Shown: piece by piece, positions 10,179 through 20,290 of the stretch
Numbering within the stretch: position 1 is the first letter of the stretch
Layout: every line of letters starts with the position of its first letter
NCBI GenBank assembly: GCA_918797485.1
Contig: CAKKNE010000002.1
Coordinates: 4,836,001 to 4,900,000, forward strand
Source of the DNA: Pelagomonas calceolata
Taxonomy: Eukaryota
Direction of reading: 5' to 3'
DNA length: 64,000 nt
Program-made: the position numbers and the translations under genes
The notes under the pieces: model-generated
Seen by the model: only the letters and a program-made list of their open reading frames with translations
Told to the model about the DNA's origin: nothing
Database searches by the model: none

Positions 10179-10856
10179 ATGTCCAAGCTCGCCTTCGACT
10201 ACAGCAAGTGGGACAACCTGGACACGGACGACAGCGACGCCGAAGAGCCGAAAGCACCGATCCAGGAGGACGACGCCCAGCAAAAGGGCTGGCGGCCGCA
10301 CGCCGACCCGATCCTCCAAGTGAAAGATCTGTCGAAATTTGTGATATCCTACGAACTCGAGGCCGTCTTCGATGCGCAGGCTTTTGATAAAGGCACTCCA
10401 CGCGCCAAAAGAGCATTACGGGCCGTCCTCAAGGGCAACCTCGCGCGCCTCGACAGTACGTTAGCGTGGGACCACGATCGGGCCGAGGACGCCTTTTTGA
10501 GGGACATCAAGCCGAACGTTTCCACAACAGAGTGCTGCTACATCTTGTTCCGGACGAAGACGTGGGCTTTATTTGTCTGGGCCCCTAGCAATCACGTCGA
10601 CGCGGACGCGTATACCTCAAAGGCGCTGCAGTTGAGGGAGGCGCTGGGCGGGTCCATACGGATCCCGAACGTCTTTTCCTGGTTCAAGCACGAGGACGTC
10701 GTGTTAGATAAGAGCGTCACGGACGCGCCGGCCTTATCTTTATCAATAGAACAGGCCGGCGGCGTCGAGGGCGTCGTGCCTCCGGCGGAGCGGTCCAAGG
10801 GCGCGGCCGTGCCGAAAAACGTGCCGGACCCGCCGGCGCCGCGGTCGGCGCTCTGA
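10179..10856 (+). CDS. Hypothetical protein: N-terminal DYSKWD motif plus possible ADF-H/twinfilin-like domain
   Basis: FDYSKWDNLDTDDSD; CYILF..WALFVWAP..Y..K..LREALG pattern. Confidence 0.6.
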   Translation: MSKLAFDYSKWDNLDTDDSDAEEPKAPIQEDDAQQKGWRPHADPILQVKDLSKFVISYELEAVFDAQAFDKGTPRAKRALRAVLKGNLARLDSTLAWDHDRAEDAFLRDIKPNVSTTECCYILFRTKTWALFVWAPSNHVDADAYTSKALQLREALGGSIRIPNVFSWFKHEDVVLDKSVTDAPALSLSIEQAGGVEGVVPPAERSKGAAVPKNVPDPPAPRSAL

Positions 10857-11008
10857 GTTAAGTTGTTGTGCCTAGCGTGTCTACCCGTCATTGGTTGTGC
10901 GCGGTTCCCGCGACGGCCGGCGCGTGGTTACGGTACTATACCTCTAGTGTAGAAGCCTCTCGGAGCCGCACGAAACCCCGGCTTCCAAAGGGCTCGCGTT
11001 AAATCCGT

Positions 11009-11032
11009 GCTAGCGGCCGGTAAGACACTAGC
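11009..11032 (+). promoter_or_regulatory. CTAG-box motif
   Basis: GCTAGCGGCCGGTAAGACACTAGC about 160 bp upstream of ATG 11189. Confidence 0.65.
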
Positions 11033-11188
11033 AAGCCGCAGCGCCGCGCGATTTCAGCGCTGTTCAGGCCGGGAGAGCGCTCAAACGCGGTCCCGCAACG
11101 CGCCGCGCCGCGCGGGCAGCCCCCTGAGCCGCGCCCAGCCGTCGCGCGCACAAGTGTGGGCAGCCCAACCACCAGCAAAGCAACACCG

Positions 11189-13030
11189 ATGGACTGGAAT
11201 GAGGGAGACGATTTTGACGAGGAGGAGTACGCCGACCTCTACGCCGACGAGGACGAGGCGGTCGAGCTCGACCTCCAGCAGGATATCGAGTCCGAGGCCG
11301 AGTCCGTGGATTTGAGCCGCTTCGAGAGTTCGGCAGAAAAAAACGTGTTCTCCAGGAGGAACCGGATTTGGATAAGACGAGCTGTTTCTAAACCGAGACG
11401 ACACCGAAAAAGCGATGAAAAAGGCGACTGGAGCGAAAGTGCATTCCCAGACGCATTAGATGATTTCAGAGACCAAGACCGCAATGCAGAAGCGTTTGAG
11501 GCTCTCAGAAGCTCGGCGCGGGACAAGGAGGTGCGGAACTTCCTTGTAGTGGGCGCACGTGGCAGCGGCAAGACCGCCGCGTGCGTTGCTTACGTCAAAG
11601 ACTTCGCGAGACCTGACGCCGACCCGAAGGCCGAAGGCGCGCGGCGACGGGCGAAGAAGCTCGCGAAACTAAAAATGAAGGACGGGAAATTACCTTTACT
11701 AAGGCTGACGCAGGACGACGTGCGGAACGCGGCGGAGTTCGAAAGTGCCTTCGCGAAGTTTGTGAGAATGGCAGATCGGGACTGCGGCGAGAAATGTACG
11801 AAGTTCGTCATTCTGGACGGGTTGGACCAGTTGCTCGGCAAGGAGCAGCAGTTGATCTACAAGATCCTGAAGGAGTCGCACAAGAAGGTCGGCTTTTTGC
11901 TGACTGGGAGTTCCGAACGGAGGATCCTGGACAAGTTCAAAAAGAAGTGCGAACTGCTCCACATGAAAAGTTTGGATCCGCGGGATGCCTTGGACGTGTT
12001 TCTAGGTGTGGCGCAGGACAAGAAAGTAGGGTTTGATAGGCCAGGCGCTTGCATGTTATACCGCGACAAGAGGTGCGCGGACATGTCTCTGGGACTGGCT
12101 TTGCGCATGCTGCAACGGTGTTTTGTCAAGTGGGATTTTGTGAGTGAAATGAACGTCACGAAGGAGTTCTGCCCCGAGGCGTTTATCGCGCCGAAGACGA
12201 TCCAAGCGGGTGCTGCGATGGGCGTGCCGGCACCGCGGTGTCCCATCTGCACGCTACCGATGCCCTGCGCGCACTGCGACGAGCAGGAGTTGGCGTCGCA
12301 AGGTTTGGAGCGGAGGGAGGAGTTACCTCGATACGAGAACGCGCTGGCTTGTCCCTGTTTTGTCAAATATGGCTATTGCCGCGTCTTCAACGAGTTCGGG
12401 CACTGCTCGCTGGACCATCCTAGGGATCGCCATGATGTGATAAAGCCACCCCTAAAATGTCCGCAGTGCACGATGGTCTGGCCGTGCCGCCATTGCAACT
12501 TTACACGAGCTCGTGATGAGCTGCTCGAGACCGTCAAACGGGCGCAGAGGTGGTTCTCGCGGTATAATAAAGATAAGGTTTTACTGAGGCGGGCCGCGGA
12601 CCGGTACAAGGAGAAATTAGACGAAGGTGCGGAGCTGGAGGAGATAGATTTTGAATTAATGGACGATGAGGCAGACGCCGTCGCTGCGGCTGCTGAAGAC
12701 GCCCAGGAGTTCTATGATACGGAGCTCTGTGTCGTCGAGGAGGAGTACCGGGCCTTCACGGACTGTATTTACTCGTTACATCGGGTCGTGGGCGACAAGA
12801 TCAACAGTTTTTTACCCGTCATTTCCAAAGAGGTAGCGGCCAAAAAGACGATCCACAGCGATGCGATGCTGCGCATGCAGCTTGAATATTTGTGCTACAT
12901 CGACCAGGACCCGCCGAAGCCGACGACGCCCAAAACCACGATTCGGTTGTCGCGGACGGCTAGAGCTATTCGATCGTTCTCGCCGTCGCGACAGGGGACG
13001 CCGGGGGCGCCGGTTGTGTCCTGGGACTAA
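11189..13030 (+). CDS. RFC-like AAA+ domain protein with Cys-rich motifs and a CCCH finger
   Basis: GARGSGKT Walker A, FVILDGLDQL Walker B-like; CPICTLPMPCAHC, CPCFVKYGYC..HCSLDH, CPQCTMVWPCRHC. Confidence 0.7.
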   Translation: MDWNEGDDFDEEEYADLYADEDEAVELDLQQDIESEAESVDLSRFESSAEKNVFSRRNRIWIRRAVSKPRRHRKSDEKGDWSESAFPDALDDFRDQDRNAEAFEALRSSARDKEVRNFLVVGARGSGKTAACVAYVKDFARPDADPKAEGARRRAKKLAKLKMKDGKLPLLRLTQDDVRNAAEFESAFAKFVRMADRDCGEKCTKFVILDGLDQLLGKEQQLIYKILKESHKKVGFLLTGSSERRILDKFKKKCELLHMKSLDPRDALDVFLGVAQDKKVGFDRPGACMLYRDKRCADMSLGLALRMLQRCFVKWDFVSEMNVTKEFCPEAFIAPKTIQAGAAMGVPAPRCPICTLPMPCAHCDEQELASQGLERREELPRYENALACPCFVKYGYCRVFNEFGHCSLDHPRDRHDVIKPPLKCPQCTMVWPCRHCNFTRARDELLETVKRAQRWFSRYNKDKVLLRRAADRYKEKLDEGAELEEIDFELMDDEADAVAAAAEDAQEFYDTELCVVEEEYRAFTDCIYSLHRVVGDKINSFLPVISKEVAAKKTIHSDAMLRMQLEYLCYIDQDPPKPTTPKTTIRLSRTARAIRSFSPSRQGTPGAPVVSWD

Positions 13031-13132
13031 GTTTTGTTTGTGTGAGGTGCGCGTCGGCGGCGTTTCTGGGAGGCGTTTGCTGTGAAGCGCCCAGCGAAAC
13101 CCGTGCCTGTACGTTTGGCGCGTCAATTTTTT

Positions 13133-13152
13133 GCTAGTGCCTCACTCGCTAG
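13133..13152 (-). promoter_or_regulatory. Short variant CTAG-box
   Basis: CTAGCGAGTGAGGCACTAGC on minus strand, upstream of 13310. Confidence 0.4.
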
Positions 13153-13309
13153 GTTAATCGTGTCCTGGGGGCTCCGACTTGCCTCCCGCGCGCATACGTT
13201 GCCGAAGATTCAAAAGAGCAGCGCTTCGGCGGCTCCCGGAGCGCTACAGGCAATACCTGAGCCGTGCGCCCTGCCGCGCTGCGATACAGGCAGCCCCACC
13301 CTCGCAGCC

Positions 13310-14859
13310 ATGCCCCCCAAGGGCGTCGACCAACCCGCAAGGGAAGCCATGACCACTAAAATCGCCCAACGATTAAATTAACTACAATGCTTTCCGGCCA
13401 GAATATGATTGAAGCCGCGCGCCAGATCGAGGCGAAGTGCTACGACAGCGCGAAAGACGCGACAGACTACAAGAGAAAAGTCGAGAAACGCCTCGCGAAG
13501 GCCGCCAAGGCCCTGGAAGCCTCCCAACGGCCGTCCATGTCCGAACCGTCGGACACGGCCCCTCTCGAGAAAAAACAAGCCCTCGCGCGGAAGAGGAGTC
13601 GGGAGGACGCGGCGCCAGAGTGGAGGGATTTGCTGCGGGCCGCGCGGGATTCCGATTCCGCGCGGGATTTGCTGCGGGAGCACGGCGCGACGCTAGAGTG
13701 GTGGCGCGGGGCGCCTGCAGTTATTGGCCGACGGTTGCGCGCGATTATTGACGCCGCGACTCAAGCTGGATCGGTGGGCGACGAAGCTCGAACGTGGGCT
13801 TCCGGAGCGTTACAAAAGGTCGAGAAGCTCGAGAAGGCGGCTACTTCGCTACTCAAGCAATTGGAGGCGCGGAGCGGCAACTTGGCGGAGCTTCGCGGGT
13901 ATTGTACGAAGCTGAAGGAGTCGAAGGCGGAACTGGAGTCCAAATTGGATAAATTAGCGCCGCTTCTTGGCTGGCGCGACGTGCCAGCACCTGTACAGCT
14001 CGTGGTCTGCGGCTACCTCGATTTGAAGGCGCTGGGCCGCCTCGAAATCTGCGGTCGAAACTTGGACGCGGTGCGCGCCTGGAACACGAAGGCCGCCGGC
14101 CTCGCCCGCGGCACTCTCGGCGACCTATCGACGAAGCAGTTTTTGCGCGCCCAGACGCGCGCCCGGGCGCTGCTGCCGCCGTCGCTCGGTGGCAAAAGTC
14201 CATTCCAGTTCGGCACGCACTGGCGGCCCGTGAGCTTCGACGAGTTCGCCTTCACCATCGTTGTCACGTGGATTGAACCCGGCAAGCCCGAGAGATCTTT
14301 CGCAGAGTTCCCCTTCATGCGACTCCGAACCCATAGTGAGCTGGGCGATGTCAATCTTTCGTGCGGCGTGTTCACGTTCTTTCCGACCGCCGGGGCAGAA
14401 CACGAAGCCTTCTCAGCGTGCCTGAGACGTGTGTCTCAGGAAATGGCGGAGGACGGGAATGGAGCCGGTGCCGATTTCCCGGGCCGAGTGCTTGAACAGT
14501 TGGAACCGAAGGCTTATCTGACCTGCACCCGGCGACGCGACGGGGCGGCGACGCGAGTGGGTCTGTTTAGTAGTATCGGTGCCGTCAACGAACATGTGGC
14601 TGACGAAGAAACCGAGGGGAGCCTTTACTTCGGCGAGGGAAAATTGCTCCTAACACCAATTGGAGCCCATACTTCAGACGTACACGAGGTTCCAGCGCTC
14701 GAGATAACACTGACCATCATCTGGGACGCCTCCAGCGGGCGGGTGCGGGGGTTTGGTTGCTGGCTCTACGTGAATGGCGAGAATGGTGGTGAAGAGCTTC
14801 CGGAAGAAACGTTCCTCGCCCTTCTCCGCGCGCGGCTCGACGAGTCGGTGCGAAACTAG
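13310..14859 (+). CDS. KIX-like + coiled-coil + F-box-like protein, frameshifted at 13372-13381
   Basis: REAMTTKIAQRL / ARQIEAKCYDSAKDATDYKRKV split by an ATTAA duplication; WRDVPAPVQLVVCGYLDLKALGRL F-box-like. Confidence 0.6.
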
Positions 14860-14884
14860 GACATAAGATATACAATCATTGGTC

Positions 14885-16804
14885 TTAGGCGCTCTGCGCG
14901 TCGACGTGCTCCGCGATGCGCTCCACGAGGTCCTCCTTCTTCCCGCTCTTCTTCAACCCCAAATCGCCGCAGCACGCCTTGAGCGCGTCGTTCGTGTGGT
15001 TCTTGAGCTTGTCCCGATCACACGGCGCCGTCAGCAGCGCCTTGTCGACGAGGACTTTGATATCCTTGGGAGCAGCGACGCGTCTTTTTTTAGCTACCGG
15101 TTGCTCCTCAATTTCCTCGGGTAGCGATGACGCCACGGCCTCCGCCGCATTCACTAATTCCGTGTCCGCGCGTGACGGCCGCAACGCCTCCGCTCTCGTT
15201 TTCACCTTCTGGACCGCGCTATCATCAAGTCCGAGCGCGAACGCTTCTAGGGCGGCGTGCTGGCTCCGCAACGCATAGTTCGGCACGCCCGCGTCGACGT
15301 CGACGGGGCCTCCCGGCACACAGCGCGCCTGCAGGGCATTGACCAACGTCGACATGCTCCGATCCAGCTCGGGAGCTGGTGGGACTTCATCTGGTAAAGG
15401 TACGCTCCGCAGCTCGTCATCAAATGGTAATTCAATCAAACCGAGCCCATCATCTCTAGCTTGCAGAGCGACGAGCTTCGGGCCCCGCCGCCGCGCCGCC
15501 GACCGTTTCGGGATGTACCTCGCCAGCGCTACCAAGTTCTTTTCTCGTAACGAAGCAGCAAAGGCCTGCACCACAGCTGAAGATCCAGGTGCTTCGGAGT
15601 CGTCGGGAGACAACGCACACGGACTCGAACCGGGGTTCTGCACTCGTAATCCGGAAGGAAACGCGTCCCGCACGCTACAGACGCCCAGCACGCACACGGA
15701 ACCCGGCTCAAAGCACTCCGCACATTCGTCCCTATCCTGCGCATCCACGACAACTCGATGCGACCGCCGCAACGCTTTCGCCGATTCCGGCTCGTCCTCT
15801 TCTTTCGGCGGCTCGTAAAAATGACCGACAGCGACATAGGTATTTACGTCAGTAGCCTTGTCGAGCTTCGCGCCCGTGACCGTATCTAACACGTCGCCCT
15901 GTGCTTTCACTCTTTGTAAGGACTCGCCGTGGACATTTGTGGCAGTTTGAGCACGTTTACACTGGTGTAGCTTCCTCAACCTCACGACGACTTTTGTAGT
16001 ACAGTCATCACCTAGCGACAAATTCAATTCAACACCGGGCACGGTCTTCGCCCCGCGCATGCCGCGAGCCATTCTAGCCCGCTCCCTCCCCGCGTCGAAG
16101 ACGTCGACGATCTCTAGAGCGGGCCACGCGCGTTCCTGCCACTGGTCTTGGGCATCTTGGGGCGGTGCAGATGGAATTAATATCCGAGGCTTCCAGAAGT
16201 CTTCAACAGACTCGGCCTCGCCGAAATAGTACAACTGCAACTCTCGGTCGACATCCGACGAGTCGCGCGCAAACACTTCACACGCCGCGTGCTGGTCCGC
16301 GTCGCCATCGCAGGGGTCCTTCGCTCCACTAAAAATATATATAGAATCTACAGCTGAGGGGCCCTTGGACGCATCCTCCAAGTCGCGCGCGCACCGGTCG
16401 AGGCCGTTCCTCAGTCTGCCTTGCCTCGCGTCCGTGCGGTTCCTTGGCTTCTGGGTTATCTCGTCGTCGTCTTCTAACCATTTCCGGAAAGCTTGTGGTG
16501 TGGCGCACTTTCCGGTCTTCAGCGCTTCTCCCAATGCTCTAGCTGCCTTCGCCGAGGGTGCCGCCGGCGTCAACAACGTGACCGCGGCCTCGTCGGGGCC
16601 GCAGGCCACCAGGCCCACGATGTCCCGATTCTTCTCGAGGAGCCGGGCCTTCACATAATCCAGGACCTGTCTTACCGCTATTTCGCAGCGCGTTCCTTGT
16701 TCGGTACTTTCGAAGAGCTCCGGCCGGGCGTCGAGCAGGAATAACGCTCGTTCCTGGCCGCCGTGGTGGTCGTCGCCCTCGCCCGTCGGTTCGGTGAAGT
16801 CCAT
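14885..16804 (-). CDS. KU70: Ku70 (vWA, Ku core, C-terminal SAP domain)
   Basis: LFLLDA..DIVGLV, ALARY..PKLVAL, IELPFDDELR, PNYALRSQH, SAP LKACCGDLGLKKSGKKEDLVERI. Confidence 0.88.
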   Translation of the reverse strand: MDFTEPTGEGDDHHGGQERALFLLDARPELFESTEQGTRCEIAVRQVLDYVKARLLEKNRDIVGLVACGPDEAAVTLLTPAAPSAKAARALGEALKTGKCATPQAFRKWLEDDDEITQKPRNRTDARQGRLRNGLDRCARDLEDASKGPSAVDSIYIFSGAKDPCDGDADQHAACEVFARDSSDVDRELQLYYFGEAESVEDFWKPRILIPSAPPQDAQDQWQERAWPALEIVDVFDAGRERARMARGMRGAKTVPGVELNLSLGDDCTTKVVVRLRKLHQCKRAQTATNVHGESLQRVKAQGDVLDTVTGAKLDKATDVNTYVAVGHFYEPPKEEDEPESAKALRRSHRVVVDAQDRDECAECFEPGSVCVLGVCSVRDAFPSGLRVQNPGSSPCALSPDDSEAPGSSAVVQAFAASLREKNLVALARYIPKRSAARRRGPKLVALQARDDGLGLIELPFDDELRSVPLPDEVPPAPELDRSMSTLVNALQARCVPGGPVDVDAGVPNYALRSQHAALEAFALGLDDSAVQKVKTRAEALRPSRADTELVNAAEAVASSLPEEIEEQPVAKKRRVAAPKDIKVLVDKALLTAPCDRDKLKNHTNDALKACCGDLGLKKSGKKEDLVERIAEHVDAQSA

Positions 16805-16997
16805 CTTTTTGGCGCTGCTGTCGCCTGGCGCACTGGAGGCCTCTGCGGCTGGTCTCGCGCTGACCGGCGTACTGGGCGACGCGGCTGCTCAGGCTGCAAG
16901 TCAGCAGCGCTGATGGCCTCTACTCGAAGTCTGGCGCTTTGCTGGCGCTCCGCTGGCGCGTGAGGGTCGTTCCCGCTGCAGATCCCTGGGCTTGCTT

Positions 16998-17022
16998 CTA
17001 GTGTGTCTCACACGCCGCTAGC
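16998..17022 (-). promoter_or_regulatory. CTAG-box motif
   Basis: GCTAGCGGCGTGTGAGACACACTAG (minus strand) between divergent genes. Confidence 0.6.
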
Positions 17023-17150
17023 TGCCAGCATTGCGGCTAGTTTTAGGCTATCGAGACATCTGTTGTGTGTGGACCACTGCCTGCCTTTGTTCACTGCGCC
17101 ACGGTACGGATTTTCGCTGTCCGGGGCGTCACGGTGCCCCCAAAAGCATC

Positions 17151-18725
17151 ATGACGCTCCTGCGCGCTATGACGCTGCTCTCGTGGGCCGGGAGCGCCGC
17201 CTACGCGCCGCCGACGATTCAGAGGCTCCGGCCTCGCGGCCCGACGATCCAGAGGCTCCGGCCTCGCGGCCCGCGCGTAGCAGACCGCCGACGCGTGCTA
17301 CGCGCGGCAAAACGCAAAGCCGACGCGGTCGACCACGACGACTTCGACGACTCCTACGCGCTCAACGACATCCGGACGAACGAGCTCCGCCTGCCGACGA
17401 TGGCCGATCTAATGAGGCGCACGGACGAAGAATTGAGGGAGCGCCAGAAGGACACGTCCAAAAGGGAAGCGCTGCGGCAGAAGGCCGGCGAGTCCATCGT
17501 CGACGGCTCCCGCGCGGTCCTCGAGCAGCTCGAGGACTTGGAGTCGCACAACCATACGATATCAAACGAGTTCACGGTGGCCATCGTCCTGGGCAAGGCG
17601 CTAAAGAACTCGCGGTTGTCGGTAGAACACGCCGCGCGCTGCTCGACCTTGGTAAGACAGATGAAGGACGGCACGCTCAACCCATCGATGCTCATGTTCA
17701 CGGCGTCGGCGGCGTCCATGGCGCCCGGCGCGGTGCGCGACGACGCCACCACAGCCTGCACGTACTTCCTCCACCTCTGCGAGTCCGAGGGCGTGGACGT
17801 GGACGCCGGGGCCATCCACGTGACGCACACGCCCGTGACCACCCGAGACGGCATGGGCAAAGTGCTGGAGGAGGCCATCGTGCCGCGCCTGCCTTCCAAA
17901 AGTTCGTTGCACTGCGCCTTCTTCGCGTCCGACTATCAATTAACTAGACTGGAGCGCATCGGCAGCGTGACGCCGCGCCTGTCGCTGTTTGCGCCGCTCG
18001 CCGCGCGGCGCGACGCGTACCTGAAGAATTTGACGGCGGCTCCCACAACATGGAGCCTGGTCAAGGTGTCGTACCCGCCGGGGTTGTTAACTTCCGGCGA
18101 GGACGGCGTCGCCGCGGCGTTCCTGGCGCAGCTGTACATGATCTTCGACAGCCTCGTCCCATTGCTACACAATTTCCACGCGATCGTGCTGCACGAGGAG
18201 ATCCTGTGCAGGGAGTTTTACGACGATTTGCTGGTCGCCAAGGACCACATCGCCGAGCGGCTGCGGCTGGTCGACTCGCCGCTGCGGCCGAAGGCCCTGA
18301 GCCTGCGGACGACGGCGTCGACGGCGCCGGCGGACCTCGTGCGCCACGACCTCGAGACGCCGCTGGACGAGGCCCTCGAGCGGTGCGTGAAGAATCTCGG
18401 GGACCTGGAACGGTTGGTGCGGCCCGCGGCGACGCGCCTGGACTTCCTGGACGACAAGGACTGGCGGACGGCGCGGGAATTACTTTCAAGGACGATCAAC
18501 GCGGCGCGGGCCGCGACGGATCCGGACCAGGCGCTGCCCTCGTCGGAGTGGGGCCGCTTGGTGGACCGCGACGCCGCCGACGATTTAGATCTGGCCGAGC
18601 TGCTCGCGCTGACGCGCGGCGAGGACTGGCGCGAGGACTCGGCCGACCCGCGGGACACGTCCTTGGTGGACACGGGGCCGCTCGTGCTGGACTACAAGAC
18701 GAAGCGGGCGAAGACGAGTAGGTAG
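17151..18725 (+). CDS. Targeted protein with possible DUF218/YdcF-like domain
   Basis: Signal peptide; AIVLGKAL..R, MLMFTA, FFASDYQLTRL pattern. Confidence 0.55.
   Translation: MTLLRAMTLLSWAGSAAYAPPTIQRLRPRGPTIQRLRPRGPRVADRRRVLRAAKRKADAVDHDDFDDSYALNDIRTNELRLPTMADLMRRTDEELRERQKDTSKREALRQKAGESIVDGSRAVLEQLEDLESHNHTISNEFTVAIVLGKALKNSRLSVEHAARCSTLVRQMKDGTLNPSMLMFTASAASMAPGAVRDDATTACTYFLHLCESEGVDVDAGAIHVTHTPVTTRDGMGKVLEEAIVPRLPSKSSLHCAFFASDYQLTRLERIGSVTPRLSLFAPLAARRDAYLKNLTAAPTTWSLVKVSYPPGLLTSGEDGVAAAFLAQLYMIFDSLVPLLHNFHAIVLHEEILCREFYDDLLVAKDHIAERLRLVDSPLRPKALSLRTTASTAPADLVRHDLETPLDEALERCVKNLGDLERLVRPAATRLDFLDDKDWRTARELLSRTINAARAATDPDQALPSSEWGRLVDRDAADDLDLAELLALTRGEDWREDSADPRDTSLVDTGPLVLDYKTKRAKTSR
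17211..17270 (+). repeat. 30-bp tandem duplication (PTIQRLRPRG x2) in the transit peptide
   Basis: CCGACGATYCAGAGGCTCCGGCCTCGCGGC x2. Confidence 0.9.
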
Positions 18726-18777
18726 TAATCGTGACCTAGAACCGTGACCGTGACAAACAGAGTGCTTAGGCAAGTAG

Positions 18778-20073
18778 CTAGATGGACGTGACCTTGCCCA
18801 TGGAATCAAAGGCGACGTACTCCTTGTTCGACGAGCTCGCCATGAGCGTCAAGAGGTAGTCGAGCGACGCCTTGTGCTTCTCCGACGTGAAGCCTAGTTC
18901 GTCGTAGAGGTCCTTGAGACCTGTGTGCAAATCAACCAGTGCGCCGGGTGCACCCGAAAATTCCTCACTAAGTCATTTCTCGGCAATGACGCGGCCGTCC
19001 TGGCTCGGTCGAGCGGCGAGGAACCGGCATCGCCACGCCATCGAGCAGGCGTCGCGTCGATGGCGTGGAGGACGACGCGATGATTCAGCACGAACGCGCC
19101 GTAAAATTTTGATTTCCACACAGCTTAAGACCCTGGAGTCGGGCCACTTCGACTTTCTCGTCGGCCTCGGTCACGGCGTTCTCCTTGATCTTCGAGGCCG
19201 AGGCCGTGGCCTTCTTGGCCACGGCGTCGGCGTCGTTCTCGATCTCGAGCACCTCGACCGCGGTCTGCTCGCGCACGAGCGTCGCCTCCTGGCTGTAGGC
19301 CTCCTTCGCGTTGGACTCGACCTGGATCGCTACCGCGAGGCGCGCGCTCTGGTAGTCGTCTTCTGGCTCGATGTCCCGCAGCTGGAACGAGAGCACGTCC
19401 ATGTGGAGGTCCGCGATGGCCAGGCTCACGTTCCGCTGCAGCGTCGCCTCGATGAGCGGCCGCTGTGATAGATAGGAGTCGATGCCGAAGAGCGGCGCCG
19501 TGTTCCGGATCGCGTCCTGCGTCCGCGACGCCACGAGGCCCTCAAAATTTAACGCGACCATGCTGTAGAGCTCGCCCAGCTTCTCGGGTTTCAGGAGGTA
19601 CTGGTACGACACGTCCAGATAGACCGTCGAGCCCGCGTCCGAGCCGGAGGATTTGGACCACACGCTCAAGCGCTCGTTAAAGTTCTGGACGTTGAGCGGG
19701 TAGCACCGGAACGTGTAGTCGGGGCCGATGCCGTAGCGGCCCGCCTCGTAGACCTCATCCCGCCAGACCTTGCCCGTGGACTTCTGGCTGCGGAGACCTG
19801 CGACGCGAGGCGCGACTGTCGGCGCGACGCGGCGGCGGCGTTCTACCGACGACGCGAGGCGCGGCGGCGCGACCGCGGAGGACGAGGCCGGCCGCCAGCG
19901 CGACGGCGCGACCTCGAAAGGCCAACGGCCGGACGCCGGCGCGGACAGCCCTGGTAGTACTCGACCTTTTTCCAGGTCATCGGCAGCAGAATGAGCATGA
20001 GGAGGACCCCCAGGGCCGACAGGACGCCCGCGCAGCTGTAGCATCCCTGGCGCTCATAGCGATCCATGGCCAT
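18778..20073 (-). CDS. SPFH/Band-7 (prohibitin-like) membrane protein; introns 19798-19949 (GC-AG, predicted) and 18921-19131 (introner)
   Basis: N-terminal TM, GRYGIGP, LDVSYQY, AIRN, FQLRDIE, Ala-rich coiled coil; spliced tail GLKDLYDELGF..KVTSI*. Confidence 0.8.
18921..19123 (-). mobile_element. Introner (203 bp), same subfamily as 1-196
   Basis: TIRs CTGTGTGCAAATCAA / TTGATTTCCACACAG; TSD CTTGAGAC (18913-18920) / CTTAAGAC (19124-19131). Confidence 0.93.
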
Positions 20074-20290
20074 GGCTGCCCCCTGGCGCTGCCGCCCGTC
20101 CCGGTGCGGCGATATGCGCGAAATTGCGCTCAATATGCTCTGGAATTGGCAGCTCTGGAGGCGTTAAAAAACCTGGAAGGTTCTGGAGTGACACCGCTGC
20201 CCCCGCGGCCGCTAGAAACCACCCTTGCGCGGAAAGGGGCTGTCGAGGCTGCTCTTGGCCGCCAGAACCACTGCGCACGACGACGCGCGC

